Below the pieces are notes generated by a model. It did no database searches. It saw only the letters and a program-made list of their open reading frames with translations, and was not told the origin of the DNA. 64,000 nucleotides of DNA from a virus. Taxonomy: Duplodnaviria > Caudoviricetes. A program made the translations under genes and the position numbers. This document shows, one piece after another, positions 54,155-63,726 of this stretch. The DNA lies in the IMG/VR virus record IMGVR_UViG_3300035661_000004; one strand, given 5' to 3'. The stretch's first letter is position 1; each line of letters begins with the position of its first letter.

Positions 54155-54205
54155 GAAAAAGCCCAGGAAGTCCTGGGCTATTTATGTGTGGGCGGGATCC
54201 CAGTG

Positions 54206-54814
54206 TTACTTCTTCCTGGACGTGGGAGCAGGCGGTGGCGGCGCCGAGATGCGGACTGCTGCCTTCGGAGCAAGGGCAGGTGCAGCCGCGCGAACAGCGG
54301 GCGGCGGTGCTGCTACCGAAACCTTCGTCGGAGCTGGCACGGCCGGTGCGGCGGCCTTCAGGTCCATCTTGGTCGAAACGGGCGTAGGCGCCGCTGCATA
54401 GCGGCCGGTCGAGTCATGCCAACGGCCTGCCGAGTCGCGCGAGTAGCCGGCGTATGGGTCACGGTAGACGGTGCGCTCGCGGATGACCGTTGTCGTTTGC
54501 GGCTGATTGTTGTTGCTCAGCATGTGACCGAGCGCCATGCCGGCGACCAGGCCGGTGGCAGCGGCAGTGCCGCTGTGGTCCTGCTGGATGACCTGCGGCT
54601 GAGCGTAGACCACCTGCGGCTGTGCTTGCTGGTACACGACCTGCGGCTGAGCCTGCACCACCTGCGGCTGTTGATAGTTGGGGTCAGCGACCTGAGGTTG
54701 CACGACCGCTTGCTGGCCGCCAGGCACGCCCGGCTGGACCAAGACGGGTTCAGGGGCTTTGCTGCATGCGGCGAGCGCAACAGCCATGATGAGGGCGAGA
54801 TGAGAAAAACGCAT
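54206..54814 (-). CDS. lipoprotein with Gln/Pro/Ala-rich regions
   Basis: Lipobox LAA-C. Confidence 0.7.
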   Translation of the reverse strand: MRFSHLALIMAVALAACSKAPEPVLVQPGVPGGQQAVVQPQVADPNYQQPQVVQAQPQVVYQQAQPQVVYAQPQVIQQDHSGTAAATGLVAGMALGHMLSNNNQPQTTTVIRERTVYRDPYAGYSRDSAGRWHDSTGRYAAAPTPVSTKMDLKAAAPAVPAPTKVSVAAPPPAVRAAAPALAPKAAVRISAPPPPAPTSRKK

Positions 54815-54825
54815 GGTCTGTCCTG

Positions 54826-55990
54826 TCAGAGGTTGTAGAAAGTTCGAAGCCAGTCGAGCGTCCAAGCCTCAAGCTTGTGCTTGAAGTCAGGGTCCGTTGA
54901 AGATGGCAGGCCTGATGCGGCTGAGAGCTCCTTCAAGGAGTCCAGCTTTGTGACAAACTCGTCTTTCAACGGCTCAAGCGGCAGCTCACCACGCTTGATT
55001 TGCAGCAACCGATCGACCTTCTCGGGCGAGTTCGGCAACGTGATGCGGCGATGAGAGCAGCTCGATGCCCTCATCGATGATTCGGACAGCGTGCATCATC
55101 GCTTTCCAGTCCACGTTGCTCTCCGAGGCCTGGTTGGCGCGGGTGCCGTACTTGTTGATCAGCCCTTCAGCGACCCTGAGGGAATGCATCAGGGTGTTTG
55201 ACCATGGGAAGGTCTTCTCAAGCACCGTGAAGCACGGACGCATCCGGCCTTCGCCGATGTCGTACTCGGTCACCTTGAAGTACTTCGGGTACTTGGTTTC
55301 GAGAGCCTTGAACTTGGCCAGGTGCTCGTCACGCTTGCGCTCGACTTCGGCTCCCAGCTCTTCGCCGTAGAACTCCTTGTAGCTCGAACCCGTTTGCTCG
55401 GCGATTGTTTCGCCGGCAGCAGACAAGCTCGCGAGGTTTTCCTTGTAGGCTTTGAGGCCAGGGTCAGGCAAGCTGTCATGCAGCTGGTCATCGCCTGCAT
55501 CAGTGTCCGTGAACTGTGTCGCCAGCAGGTCACGGAACTCGCGTGCGCAGTTGAGCCGCTCGCCCTTGAAGGAGTAGATGTTGGCCTGGTTGAAGACGTA
55601 GCCCATCATCGCCTTGACGTTCGAGGTCAGGAACTGCGTCCGCAGCTCAGTGACAAGCTTGATGAGCTTCTGGGCGTCAGAGTGATCAAAGAACTTTTGA
55701 TCAGCATGTGTGCAGTCTATGCTGAAGGCCAGCTCGATTGCGTAGGTCTGGCCAGCGACAAAGTCTTGGATGAAGACCTGCAGCGGGATGTCCTCTTGGT
55801 CCACGTCATCGACCGAGTTCTTCGTGTTCTTGGCCGTGTTGGTCTTCTTGACCCGGTTGACGATGGGCTTGCCCAAGAGCAAGTCATTCATTGACGGCAG
55901 CACGATCCGCTTGATGTCCAAGTCGGAAGTCGGCGTGTTGGTGCCGTAGAGGTGTGACCCGAAGAGGGTCTGATAGAGGAGCTTATCCAT
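54826..55990 (-). CDS. Pol-beta superfamily nucleotidyltransferase (RlaP-like), frameshift near 55050
   Basis: GSHLYGTNTPTSDLD; KAMMHAVR; ORF 54826..55074 supplies LLQIKRGEL. Confidence 0.75.
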
Positions 55991-56065
55991 GAGGTGAGAC
56001 TATATCACCTTCCGGTCAACTTGTAAACTAAAGAAGCGAACACTTGAGGGCTAGTAAATACCTGC

Positions 56066-56694
56066 ATGGATTTCTTCTTAGTATACAAAACTACGCACAG
56101 ACCGACGGGCAAGTTCTACATTGTCAGGCACGTGACTACAAAGCTAAACGACGGCTATTACGGATCCGGAAAGATCATCAAAGACTACTTGAAGACTCAT
56201 CCCATCGAACAGTTTGAAAGAGCAATCTTGTTCCATGCATTCTCGATTGCCGATATGAAGCACGTGGAAGCCGAGTTAATCATGGAGCACTATGATGATC
56301 CCAAATGCATCAACGTAGGGAAGTTTATCGACTCACTGCCAATCATGTCGGATGAAGGTAGGGCCGCTCTAAGCGCATACAGAAAAATTACAAGATGCCC
56401 GATGAACTGAAGGCTAAAATCTCACAAAAGCTGAAAGGACGGTCAACGGTCTCTACTGAAGTTAGACTGGAATCCTGGACTCTAAAACGGCGAACAACTC
56501 GAAGTGTGTCATATTCAGGAGATGGCAATCCAAGAGCTAAAGCTTGGACAATTAACTTTCAAGATCAACGGCCGCCTCTTAAAGTGATCGGCCTAAAAAC
56601 TTGGTGCAGGGAACATGGTGTAAAGCACACATCACTCATAGCGTCACAACACACCAGCTCTTATTATCAAGGAATGAAACTTCATCATGGCTAA
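56066..56694 (+). CDS. GIY-YIG (Seg-like) homing endonuclease, frameshift at an A run near 56385
   Basis: VYKTT...FYI..H....DGYYGSG; NUMOD3-like continuation; AT-rich. Confidence 0.7.
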
Positions 56695-57106
56695 AACACC
56701 CCCATTGGTCTTTGAGACCATTCAGAATGACCTCAATTACCAATTTCTTACATTGATCGAGTACAAGCGGGTCAAGTACCTGACCGTCGTTGAGAACGTG
56801 CTCAATAACGAGATTCACGCCTACGTGCTTGACAACTTAGCAGCTGAAGGGCTTGACCAGCAGTGGTTCCTCTCGGTCGCCACTCGCTGGTTCTACGCTG
56901 CCTCTGACCGCTACCCGCTCAGCTTCGAGTTCACCAAGTTTGGACGCGGCGATGCGGTCAAGAAGGTCCTCAAGACCTTCAACATCAACTCGACCAGCCG
57001 CGTCATTGGCAAGCTCTTTGTCTATGAAACTTCAGCTAAGCCGAAGATCAAGCGCCGTAAGGTTCAACAGTACGTTGAGGTCGCGTCGATCAAGCTCAAG
57101 GCTTAA
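56687..57106 (+). CDS. conserved hypothetical protein
   Basis: Phage-typical codon usage. Confidence 0.6.
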   Translation: MAKTPPLVFETIQNDLNYQFLTLIEYKRVKYLTVVENVLNNEIHAYVLDNLAAEGLDQQWFLSVATRWFYAASDRYPLSFEFTKFGRGDAVKKVLKTFNINSTSRVIGKLFVYETSAKPKIKRRKVQQYVEVASIKLKA

Positions 57107-57292
57107 TCGTAGACCTTGTGGAACTCGATGCCGAAGGCCTCAGCGAGGTCTTCAGCCAGCTTGACAAGCTTGCGCATGCCATCGCTGCCGTCCTCGTCAT
57201 AGCTGGCTGAAGCGATGACTTCACCGTTGACCTCGATGTCCCAAGGACCTTCGTCCTCATTCTTGCAACGCGATGATGCTTGTGCTCATGTG

Positions 57293-57517
57293 TTATCCTA
57301 GAAGCAAGTGGTAAACGAGCCCACCCAAACCCACGACGAAGTCAACGGGAACGGCGAACAGGGCCGAAAAGAAAGGGCCGAAGTAGCCGGTCCTGTCGAG
57401 CAGCGCGATGCCGACCACGAAGAAGATGATGCCCGTAACATGAGCTACGGCGCGGAACTTTGGGCTCTTAACATACCAGAGCCCAAGAGCAATCACAAGC
57501 AAGTACCAGGCCATCAT
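57293..57517 (-). CDS. small membrane protein
   Basis: Hydrophobic. Confidence 0.55.
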   Translation of the reverse strand: MMAWYLLVIALGLWYVKSPKFRAVAHVTGIIFFVVGIALLDRTGYFGPFFSALFAVPVDFVVGLGGLVYHLLLG

Positions 57518-57889
57518 TCGCTCCTATAGACCAGCATCTCGACACGAGAGCCTTTGGCTGCCACAATAATGAACACCAGCGGTTCGCTCATGAACACCAG
57601 CTTGGTGTTCCAACCTGCGTCAACGAGGCTGGCTTGAGCGTCAAGCGTGTGCAGCCGAACGGCTGCCTTGTCACGGAAGTTCAATGCGTGCGCTGACATC
57701 CGCAGCGAGTCAATCTTTAGAGTGTCGGGGTCAAGCGCCTTGCTCATGTACAGTATCGCCGCGTCTAAAGCCTTATGCCTTTTCTTACTGCTACTATGAC
57801 TGATTAGACGCAAGATGCCTGCGTAAATCCCACAACCCACGAGAACTGTCATGGCACCGGAAAAAAGCAGTTCGGGTGTCATGTAAGCC

Positions 57890-58498
57890 TCAGAAGCCGT
57901 AGTTCTTGTGTGGGATGCGGCTCTTGACCTGCCAGGCGTTGTTCGAGTCGTGCTTGAAGCACGGCGCGAGCTTGGCTGCCGGCTGCTTGAGGACCAAGCC
58001 TTCATCCTCAGGCTTGAGGTTGTCAAACAGCTTGTCGAAGCCTGCCTTGAAGTTCTTAGCGAGGGAGACGTGCTCGCCGATTCGTAGCTGAGTAGGCTCG
58101 CTTACTTGCTGAGGCCAGCGCTCGCGCAGCATGCTTTGCCGATCCCTGAAGGTCGTGCCCACCAAGTGGACGCCGTCACGGACGATCTGGTCAAAGATGT
58201 AGAGCTGGTCCTTGATGTACGGCGTCTTACTGTGCAGCAGCTCAGCGACGAAGACATTCCAGGTAGGAGGACCTACAAAGAAAGCAGCGTGCTCGCGCTT
58301 CGGAGTCCACATCTTGTGGTCATCGTCATGGCGAGTCTTGAAGATGACCTCAGAGCCGCGAGCGAAGATGACGGTACATGTACCGTTCTTCTTGACCTGA
58401 GCGTGCCAGCCCTCGCGCTCGTAGTGGCTCAGGAGATCACGAGGCACCTTGACCTCAGGACGAGGAGGCCACAGATACGTATATTCTCTGTACTTCAT
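57890..58498 (-). CDS. stand-alone ligase/capping-type nucleotidyltransferase domain
   Basis: QVKKNG, VAELL, YIFD, EGLVLK, WQVK. Confidence 0.7.
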   Translation of the reverse strand: MKYREYTYLWPPRPEVKVPRDLLSHYEREGWHAQVKKNGTCTVIFARGSEVIFKTRHDDDHKMWTPKREHAAFFVGPPTWNVFVAELLHSKTPYIKDQLYIFDQIVRDGVHLVGTTFRDRQSMLRERWPQQVSEPTQLRIGEHVSLAKNFKAGFDKLFDNLKPEDEGLVLKQPAAKLAPCFKHDSNNAWQVKSRIPHKNYGF

Positions 58499-58529
58499 GT
58501 TGCAGCCTAAGTTTACAAGTTGCGGTATG

Positions 58530-58558
58530 ATTGTATTCGGCCTACCGCTCCTTGTAAA
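58530..58558 (-). promoter_or_regulatory. early/middle promoter
   Basis: TTTACA-N17-TACAAT. Confidence 0.7.
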
Positions 58559-58892
58559 CTAGATCCGCTGCACCCTGTAGATTGTGCCGTCGGCCCATTG
58601 AAAGACTGTGAACCTGCTCTTGCCATCCAGGGTGGACAGGGTTGCTCGTCGACAGCCTGACAGCGCTTGGCCGTAGGTCACGAGAGCGTCACACTTCAGC
58701 TCAACACCCTTGATGGCGAAACGCTGCCGTAGGTCAATCAGAGGGATGCGTTGCATTGTTTGCCTCAGCGTCTTCCAAGTCCTTGATGAACGCGGGCGAG
58801 CTCAGCAGAGTCGGCGACAGCTGGTAACGACTTCGGCTTTGGCTCGACCTCGGGCGCTGGCTGCTTGGGCTTTGGGATGTAGCCGAACGCGA

Positions 58893-59189
58893 TCATTGGA
58901 CTTCCCTATCGGTCAGGAGGGCCGCGTAGGTCTCGATCAGCTTCGGCGTCGCCGTGTAGAGCCGGTCAGTCTTGGGGAAGTCCGGGTCCGAACCGAACTT
59001 GACTTCAGCGAGGCCACGCTTGCGGAGCTCAGCCAGCGCGGAGCTGATGTGCGGCGCTTGATCAGCCGGCAAGCCGGCGTTGACACAGATGCGCCGGCTT
59101 GACAGCGCTGCCTTGGACAGGACCAGGACAGACTCCACGGCCTTGACCAAGCCCGCAGCCCTGGGTGCGCGTTGTTGACGGGCCGTCAT
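58893..59189 (-). CDS. putative winged-HTH protein
   Basis: ISSALAELRKRGL pattern. Confidence 0.45.
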   Translation of the reverse strand: MTARQQRAPRAAGLVKAVESVLVLSKAALSSRRICVNAGLPADQAPHISSALAELRKRGLAEVKFGSDPDFPKTDRLYTATPKLIETYAALLTDREVQ

Positions 59190-59190
59190 A

Positions 59191-59412
59191 TCAGACCTCG
59201 ACGATCTCGAGGGTCAGGACGCTGTTTGCGGTCAGCGTCTCGCCGATGAGGTGGACCTTGCTGCCGTCGGTCAGCTGTGCCGAGCTCAAGCCGTTATTCT
59301 GGATCTGAGCGGCCAGCGCTTGGGCTTGCTCAGCCGTGCCCACTGTTGAAACGATGCCCTGGGCAAGAACTTGGCCTGTCGGGCCGGTGACGGTGATTTG
59401 CAATGCGAACAT
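59191..59412 (-). CDS. hypothetical protein
   Basis: GAGGAGG RBS. Confidence 0.6.
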   Translation of the reverse strand: MFALQITVTGPTGQVLAQGIVSTVGTAEQAQALAAQIQNNGLSSAQLTDGSKVHLIGETLTANSVLTLEIVEV

Positions 59413-59448
59413 GTCGCCTCCTCAGTGATGCCCAGCGGGCGGTTTGAA

Positions 59449-59835
59449 TTAGTCGCAGCAGTCGACCTGGTCGAGCAAGGCCTTCATCCTCTGTAAGACG
59501 GCGCGCTGCGCTTCGACAACCTGCTTAAGTGCGGCGTTCTCGGCCTGTTCAGGCGTTAGGTCCGTTGAGCCCTTGTTAGCCTCATCGGCCAAGATGTCCA
59601 TGGCGTGCACGTGACCTGGCCGACGTTGAGCAAAGGACAAGTCACCGTAGCCGCTGACGCTGTAGCCGAGCAGCTGAGCCAGCTGGCAACGGTCCTCGTC
59701 GGGGAAGTTGAGGGTAGCTGTAGCGTTGAGGTCCAGCTTGCCGGTCTCAAAGAACCGCGTTTTCTTTGAAGCGCCAGACGCCGTGGCCGTCAGCCCCGAT
59801 TGCACCGGGTGTTGGAGTTCGGTGCAGAGCTTCAT
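59449..59835 (-). CDS. hypothetical protein (EDRCQLAQLLGYSVSG motif)
   Basis: Phage-type motif; an alternative frame gives GVWRFKENAV, suggesting paired indels. Confidence 0.5.
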   Translation of the reverse strand: MKLCTELQHPVQSGLTATASGASKKTRFFETGKLDLNATATLNFPDEDRCQLAQLLGYSVSGYGDLSFAQRRPGHVHAMDILADEANKGSTDLTPEQAENAALKQVVEAQRAVLQRMKALLDQVDCCD

Positions 59836-60521
59836 GCTTCTTCGACTTCGGTCGTGGTGGCGGTCAGCAGCTTGGCGATCTTGGCCATCACGTTGTTGAA
59901 GTCGGTTTCCGCGAGCTTGGGCTTGACGGCCTGGGTGGTCACGATCTTGACGAGCTGCTCGAACGTGTCCTTGTTCAGCTTCGGTCGGGCGGCGAAGACC
60001 TCGTCCACGTTGGCCTCGCTGACCACCATCTTGCTGACCTCGTCCTGCTGGACGATGAAGTCCTCGGGCAGGCCCTTGACCTTGCTCAGGGCGGCTTCGA
60101 CGGAGCCGAGCAGCTTGGCATCGGCGGCGTACTTGGGGTTGATGGCGAACAGCTGTTGGGTGACGAGCTGCTTGATCGGCGTGAAGCCGTTGCTCAGCAG
60201 CAGCGCCTGCTCTTCTTCCTTGAGCGGGCTGTTGGTGCCGCGCTTGCGCAGCTCCATGGAGGCGGTTGCGTCGCCGTCGGTGCCGGTGAAGCTTTCGGGC
60301 TTCTTGTTGTCGGCGGTGCACAGGGTCATGAAGGAGTCAAAGGCCAGGCCTTTGACCTTCGGCTCGTAGCTCGCCTTCAGGCCTTCGAGCGCCTTGATGG
60401 CGGCATCGATGTTAGCGTAGGCGAACAGGCCGTCGATCGGGATTTCCTTGCGAGCCTTACCTGCAGCGCCTGCCTTGATGGTGGGCGTCAGGGAAGCAGC
60501 CTTTGCGAACATTCCAGCCAT
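59832..60521 (-). CDS. hypothetical protein
   Basis: Strong codon bias, AAGGAG RBS, promoter 60561..60589. Confidence 0.75.
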   Translation of the reverse strand: MAGMFAKAASLTPTIKAGAAGKARKEIPIDGLFAYANIDAAIKALEGLKASYEPKVKGLAFDSFMTLCTADNKKPESFTGTDGDATASMELRKRGTNSPLKEEEQALLLSNGFTPIKQLVTQQLFAINPKYAADAKLLGSVEAALSKVKGLPEDFIVQQDEVSKMVVSEANVDEVFAARPKLNKDTFEQLVKIVTTQAVKPKLAETDFNNVMAKIAKLLTATTTEVEEA

Positions 60522-60618
60522 GGTGATCTCCTTAAGTATCCGTTGATTGCCGATAGAACGATTGTATTCTAGTCGGCCTCTCGTGTAAACCAGTTAGAGG
60601 CAAATTATTTCCGAGCGG

Positions 60619-61005
60619 TCAACCTTTCAGGATGAGCTCATCGGTCGTGGGGTCATAGCCCCAGCGGGCGTAATGGCCATTGACCTGGGTGTAATGCGCG
60701 TAGTAGCAGCCTTCACGGAACCACTCGCGGGCGCTGCGCTTGTTCTGGACGAGCGCCCGCGACGCTTCGACCAGCTGCCCGCCTCTGAGCACGTTAAAGA
60801 CCTGGAAGTCTCGTTGCTCATGCACGTAGATGATGGTGGAAATCCGCAACAGCAGGATCTTCAGCGCTGACTCATGAACGCCGAAAGGCTCATCGGTGAG
60901 CAGCGTCCGGCCGCTGAAGAGGTCTCGTGTATGCACGTTCCGTCCGATCACGTCACAGAGCGAGACCTCAGTCTTCAACTCTGCCATCAGCTTGTCTAGC
61001 ATCAC
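60619..61005 (-). CDS. hypothetical protein
   Basis: GGAGG RBS, promoter 61025..61054. Confidence 0.6.
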   Translation of the reverse strand: MMLDKLMAELKTEVSLCDVIGRNVHTRDLFSGRTLLTDEPFGVHESALKILLLRISTIIYVHEQRDFQVFNVLRGGQLVEASRALVQNKRSAREWFREGCYYAHYTQVNGHYARWGYDPTTDELILKG

Positions 61006-61054
61006 AACCTCCGTTGTTTGCGGGATTGTACACTAAGCCGAGACTGCTTGTAAA

Positions 61055-61498
61055 CTATTTTGCTCGCGTGTGCTTCAGCACGTAGTTGGCAAGCGTGTAG
61101 TAGCCGGCGCGAATTCCTGAGTCACCCATGCCCCCTACCTCGCGCAAAGCTTTGGCCGCGATCGCTATAATGTTCTCATCGCTGTAGTCACAGCACCCAT
61201 CTTGTTTGTGCCCCGCGATGTACTCGTCGATATCCATGTTCTGAACTGCGTACATGTCCTTGACCTGCTCAAACTCGGCCGCCAGCACAGCCTTGGTGAC
61301 AATCAAGGTCAGGTTGTACCCGGCTGCCTCATGTCGCCGCATCGACTGCTCATTCACATAAGTTTTCGCGTTCTTGACGTAGCGAATGACCGGGTAGAGG
61401 ATCGAGTACTGAGTACCGTCAAGGCTGCCGCACTGGTTGAAGTTAGAGACGGTCTCTTCAACGAAGAGGTCACCGGTGGCTTTGTGTTTGAGGATCAT
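61055..61498 (-). CDS. hypothetical protein
   Basis: Coupled ORF. Confidence 0.6.
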   Translation of the reverse strand: MILKHKATGDLFVEETVSNFNQCGSLDGTQYSILYPVIRYVKNAKTYVNEQSMRRHEAAGYNLTLIVTKAVLAAEFEQVKDMYAVQNMDIDEYIAGHKQDGCCDYSDENIIAIAAKALREVGGMGDSGIRAGYYTLANYVLKHTRAK

Positions 61499-62083
61499 GT
61501 TGTTCCTTTTACTTGATGCAGCTGCAGCACGATGACGTATGCATAGGCGATGGCGTGAGCCTTCTTGAAAGCATAGGCGTCACCTTGCTCCTTGGTGTAG
61601 AGCAAGCGGCGAGCAGAGGTTGGGTCCTTGAGGTAGAGCGGCAGGAGATACCGCTTCTGCGGGCGGATGAGCGCTTGCACGTCGGCAAGCTCAAGGACTG
61701 AGTCGGGCTTGACCTGCTGGAGGATGTCGAGGTGCTTGGAGACCTGAGCGAGGTTCTCAACCACGGAGGGAATCTGCAGGAGGTTCCAATCAGGCTCGAG
61801 CCTGACAAGCCGTTGAATGTCAGCTCGAGACTTGAAGCTGTCATAGACAGTCAGGTGGAGGAAATCCACCTTGAAGCAGCCTAGCTCCTCGGCCAGCTCA
61901 TAGGGTGCCGCCGCGAGCCCTGTGACCGGGTCCTTGGGTACGTCTTGAAAGTAGACGCCGCAAGGGTGAGGTGCAAGCTCGCCGTTGCGGACCATCGACG
62001 CCCGAACGGCTTGCTTGAAGACCTTCAGCGGATCGAAGTCCGTCTTTAGGTCAATGTCGATGTCAAAAATCGTTCTTCTCCAT
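61495..62083 (-). CDS. minimal DNA polymerase III alpha-like catalytic domain (extra T in homopolymer near 62066)
   Basis: Corrected start MEKNDFDIDIDL; HPCGVY, FKVDFL, IRP, YAFKKAHAIAY. Confidence 0.75.
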
Positions 62084-62093
62084 AGATACTAAC

Positions 62094-62873
62094 ATGTCAA
62101 CACACTTCAATGTCAGCAAATACACAAAGTGGTACAATAGTATCATACAACGAGCTTGGACTAGGCAAAAATTACATTCTTACGTTGAACGCCATCATGT
62201 GATCCCAAAGTGCATGAACGGCAGTAACAGCAAAGAAAACTTAGTCGAGCTTACACCCAGAGAGCATTTCATTTGTCACCGCTTGCTTGTTAGAATGACA
62301 GATGACGCTAAGCTTAAGAAGTCATTTCGCTGGGCTCTTCATCGAATGATGTTTAGCAAAGCTGACACACATGAAAGCAAGTACGTACCTAACGGCCGCA
62401 TCTTCGAGCTACTTCGACTTGAATTTAATGAAGCTGCCAAGAAACCTCGAGTGCTTAGTCCTGAGCACCGCGCTAAGCTCATAGCATTTAATGAGTCACG
62501 CAAAGGGCGAAAGCTATCAGATGAAACTCGAGCTAAGATGTCTGCGGCTCGTATGGGGAAAGAATCACCCAACAAAGGTAAGGCGCGATCCGAAGACTCA
62601 AAACGAAAACAGCGCGAATCAATTGCAGCTAGAGATAACTACGTACCTTGGAATAAGGGCATACGGCTATCTGATGAAGACAAGCAGAAAATTTCAGACG
62701 GGCTTAAGGCAAGCAAACGCTTTCAGCAAGTCAAGCATGATCGCGTTGGCGTCAAGCTATCCGATGACACACGTAAGAAAATGTCAGAGGCTCATAAAAA
62801 CAAACCGCTGACAGCAGAGCATGCTCAAGCTATTAAAGATGGCCATAAGCGAAAATTCACTTCATGTGGCTGA
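62094..62873 (+). CDS. HNH homing endonuclease with NUMOD3 repeats
   Basis: ERHHVIPKCMNGSN..ENLV.LT.REHF..H; repeated SDETR.KMS.A; AT-rich. Confidence 0.85.
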   Translation: MSTHFNVSKYTKWYNSIIQRAWTRQKLHSYVERHHVIPKCMNGSNSKENLVELTPREHFICHRLLVRMTDDAKLKKSFRWALHRMMFSKADTHESKYVPNGRIFELLRLEFNEAAKKPRVLSPEHRAKLIAFNESRKGRKLSDETRAKMSAARMGKESPNKGKARSEDSKRKQRESIAARDNYVPWNKGIRLSDEDKQKISDGLKASKRFQQVKHDRVGVKLSDDTRKKMSEAHKNKPLTAEHAQAIKDGHKRKFTSCG

Positions 62874-63147
62874 GGTACCAGTCGACCTCGGTCAGGTCAT
62901 GCAAGCAATACTCCCGCTCCGTGTAGGAGCAGATTTGCTCCTCGCTGCCTTGCAGCTGCAGCAACGGATTGCCGCCGGCCCGGCCGTTTTCGGTGAGGAT
63001 GGTGTAGGTCAGGACGTGCTCGCCGATCTTGGCCAGGATGGCCTCACGAGTTGTGGGCTTGCCTTCGAAGGTATGGGCGTGGTCAAGGACAAAGTCCAGC
63101 TCGATGGTGCGAACAGCTTCAGCGACTTCAGTCATAGCAACCTCCAA
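62857..63147 (-). CDS. hypothetical protein
   Basis: ORF after a promoter-like motif. Confidence 0.5.
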   Translation of the reverse strand: MEVAMTEVAEAVRTIELDFVLDHAHTFEGKPTTREAILAKIGEHVLTYTILTENGRAGGNPLLQLQGSEEQICSYTEREYCLHDLTEVDWYLSHMK

Positions 63148-63172
63148 TGTGGGAGGTTGATTGTATCACATC

Positions 63173-63493
63173 TTAAGCCGAGGGGGGACTGGGGTACGAC
63201 TCAAACGAGTCGCCGACGATCCAGTCAGGTCGGTCATCGATCCAGATGCATGGGCGAACCGAGCGGGCCGCCAGCACAGCCTTCTTTCCCATGCCTGAGG
63301 TGAAGTGGATCATAAGCTGGCTTGTCAGCCTCGGGTCCATATCGTGCCGCTCGCTCTCGTCGCGCATCGTGGCAACGACTACGTCATGCCCGCGAGAGCG
63401 CAGCAGGTCGATGAACGTGAGCCAGAGCTCAGGGTCCCGAGTGTAGGTGCCGTCGTAGTCAAGAGCAAAGAGAATCTTCTTCATATGTGTCAT
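63173..63493 (-). CDS. small HAD-superfamily phosphatase
   Basis: ALDYDGT, ATMR, WIDD. Confidence 0.7.
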   Translation of the reverse strand: MTHMKKILFALDYDGTYTRDPELWLTFIDLLRSRGHDVVVATMRDESERHDMDPRLTSQLMIHFTSGMGKKAVLAARSVRPCIWIDDRPDWIVGDSFESYPSPPSA

Positions 63494-63531
63494 ATTTGTA
63501 TCATTAAGCCGTCTAAGGTGTCATATGACAC

Positions 63532-63726
63532 TTAAGCGTGCTCCGCCGCGTCAAGCGCGTAAGCCGAAGGGCAGTCAGGGCAAGGCATCGTGGTGCCGGG
63601 TTCAGGGCCCATCACTTCGCCGTAGCCTCCGTTGCAGGTGTTGTTGCCGCGGGTACCACAGAGCACCGCTTGGCGCTCGCAGTGGTCACAGTAAAAGAGT
63701 TTATGCGGAGCGGAAGAGGTTGTCAT
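63532..63726 (-). CDS. Cys-rich Zn-finger protein
   Basis: CDHC...NNTCNGG...CPDC. Confidence 0.55.
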   Translation of the reverse strand: MTTSSAPHKLFYCDHCERQAVLCGTRGNNTCNGGYGEVMGPEPGTTMPCPDCPSAYALDAAEHA

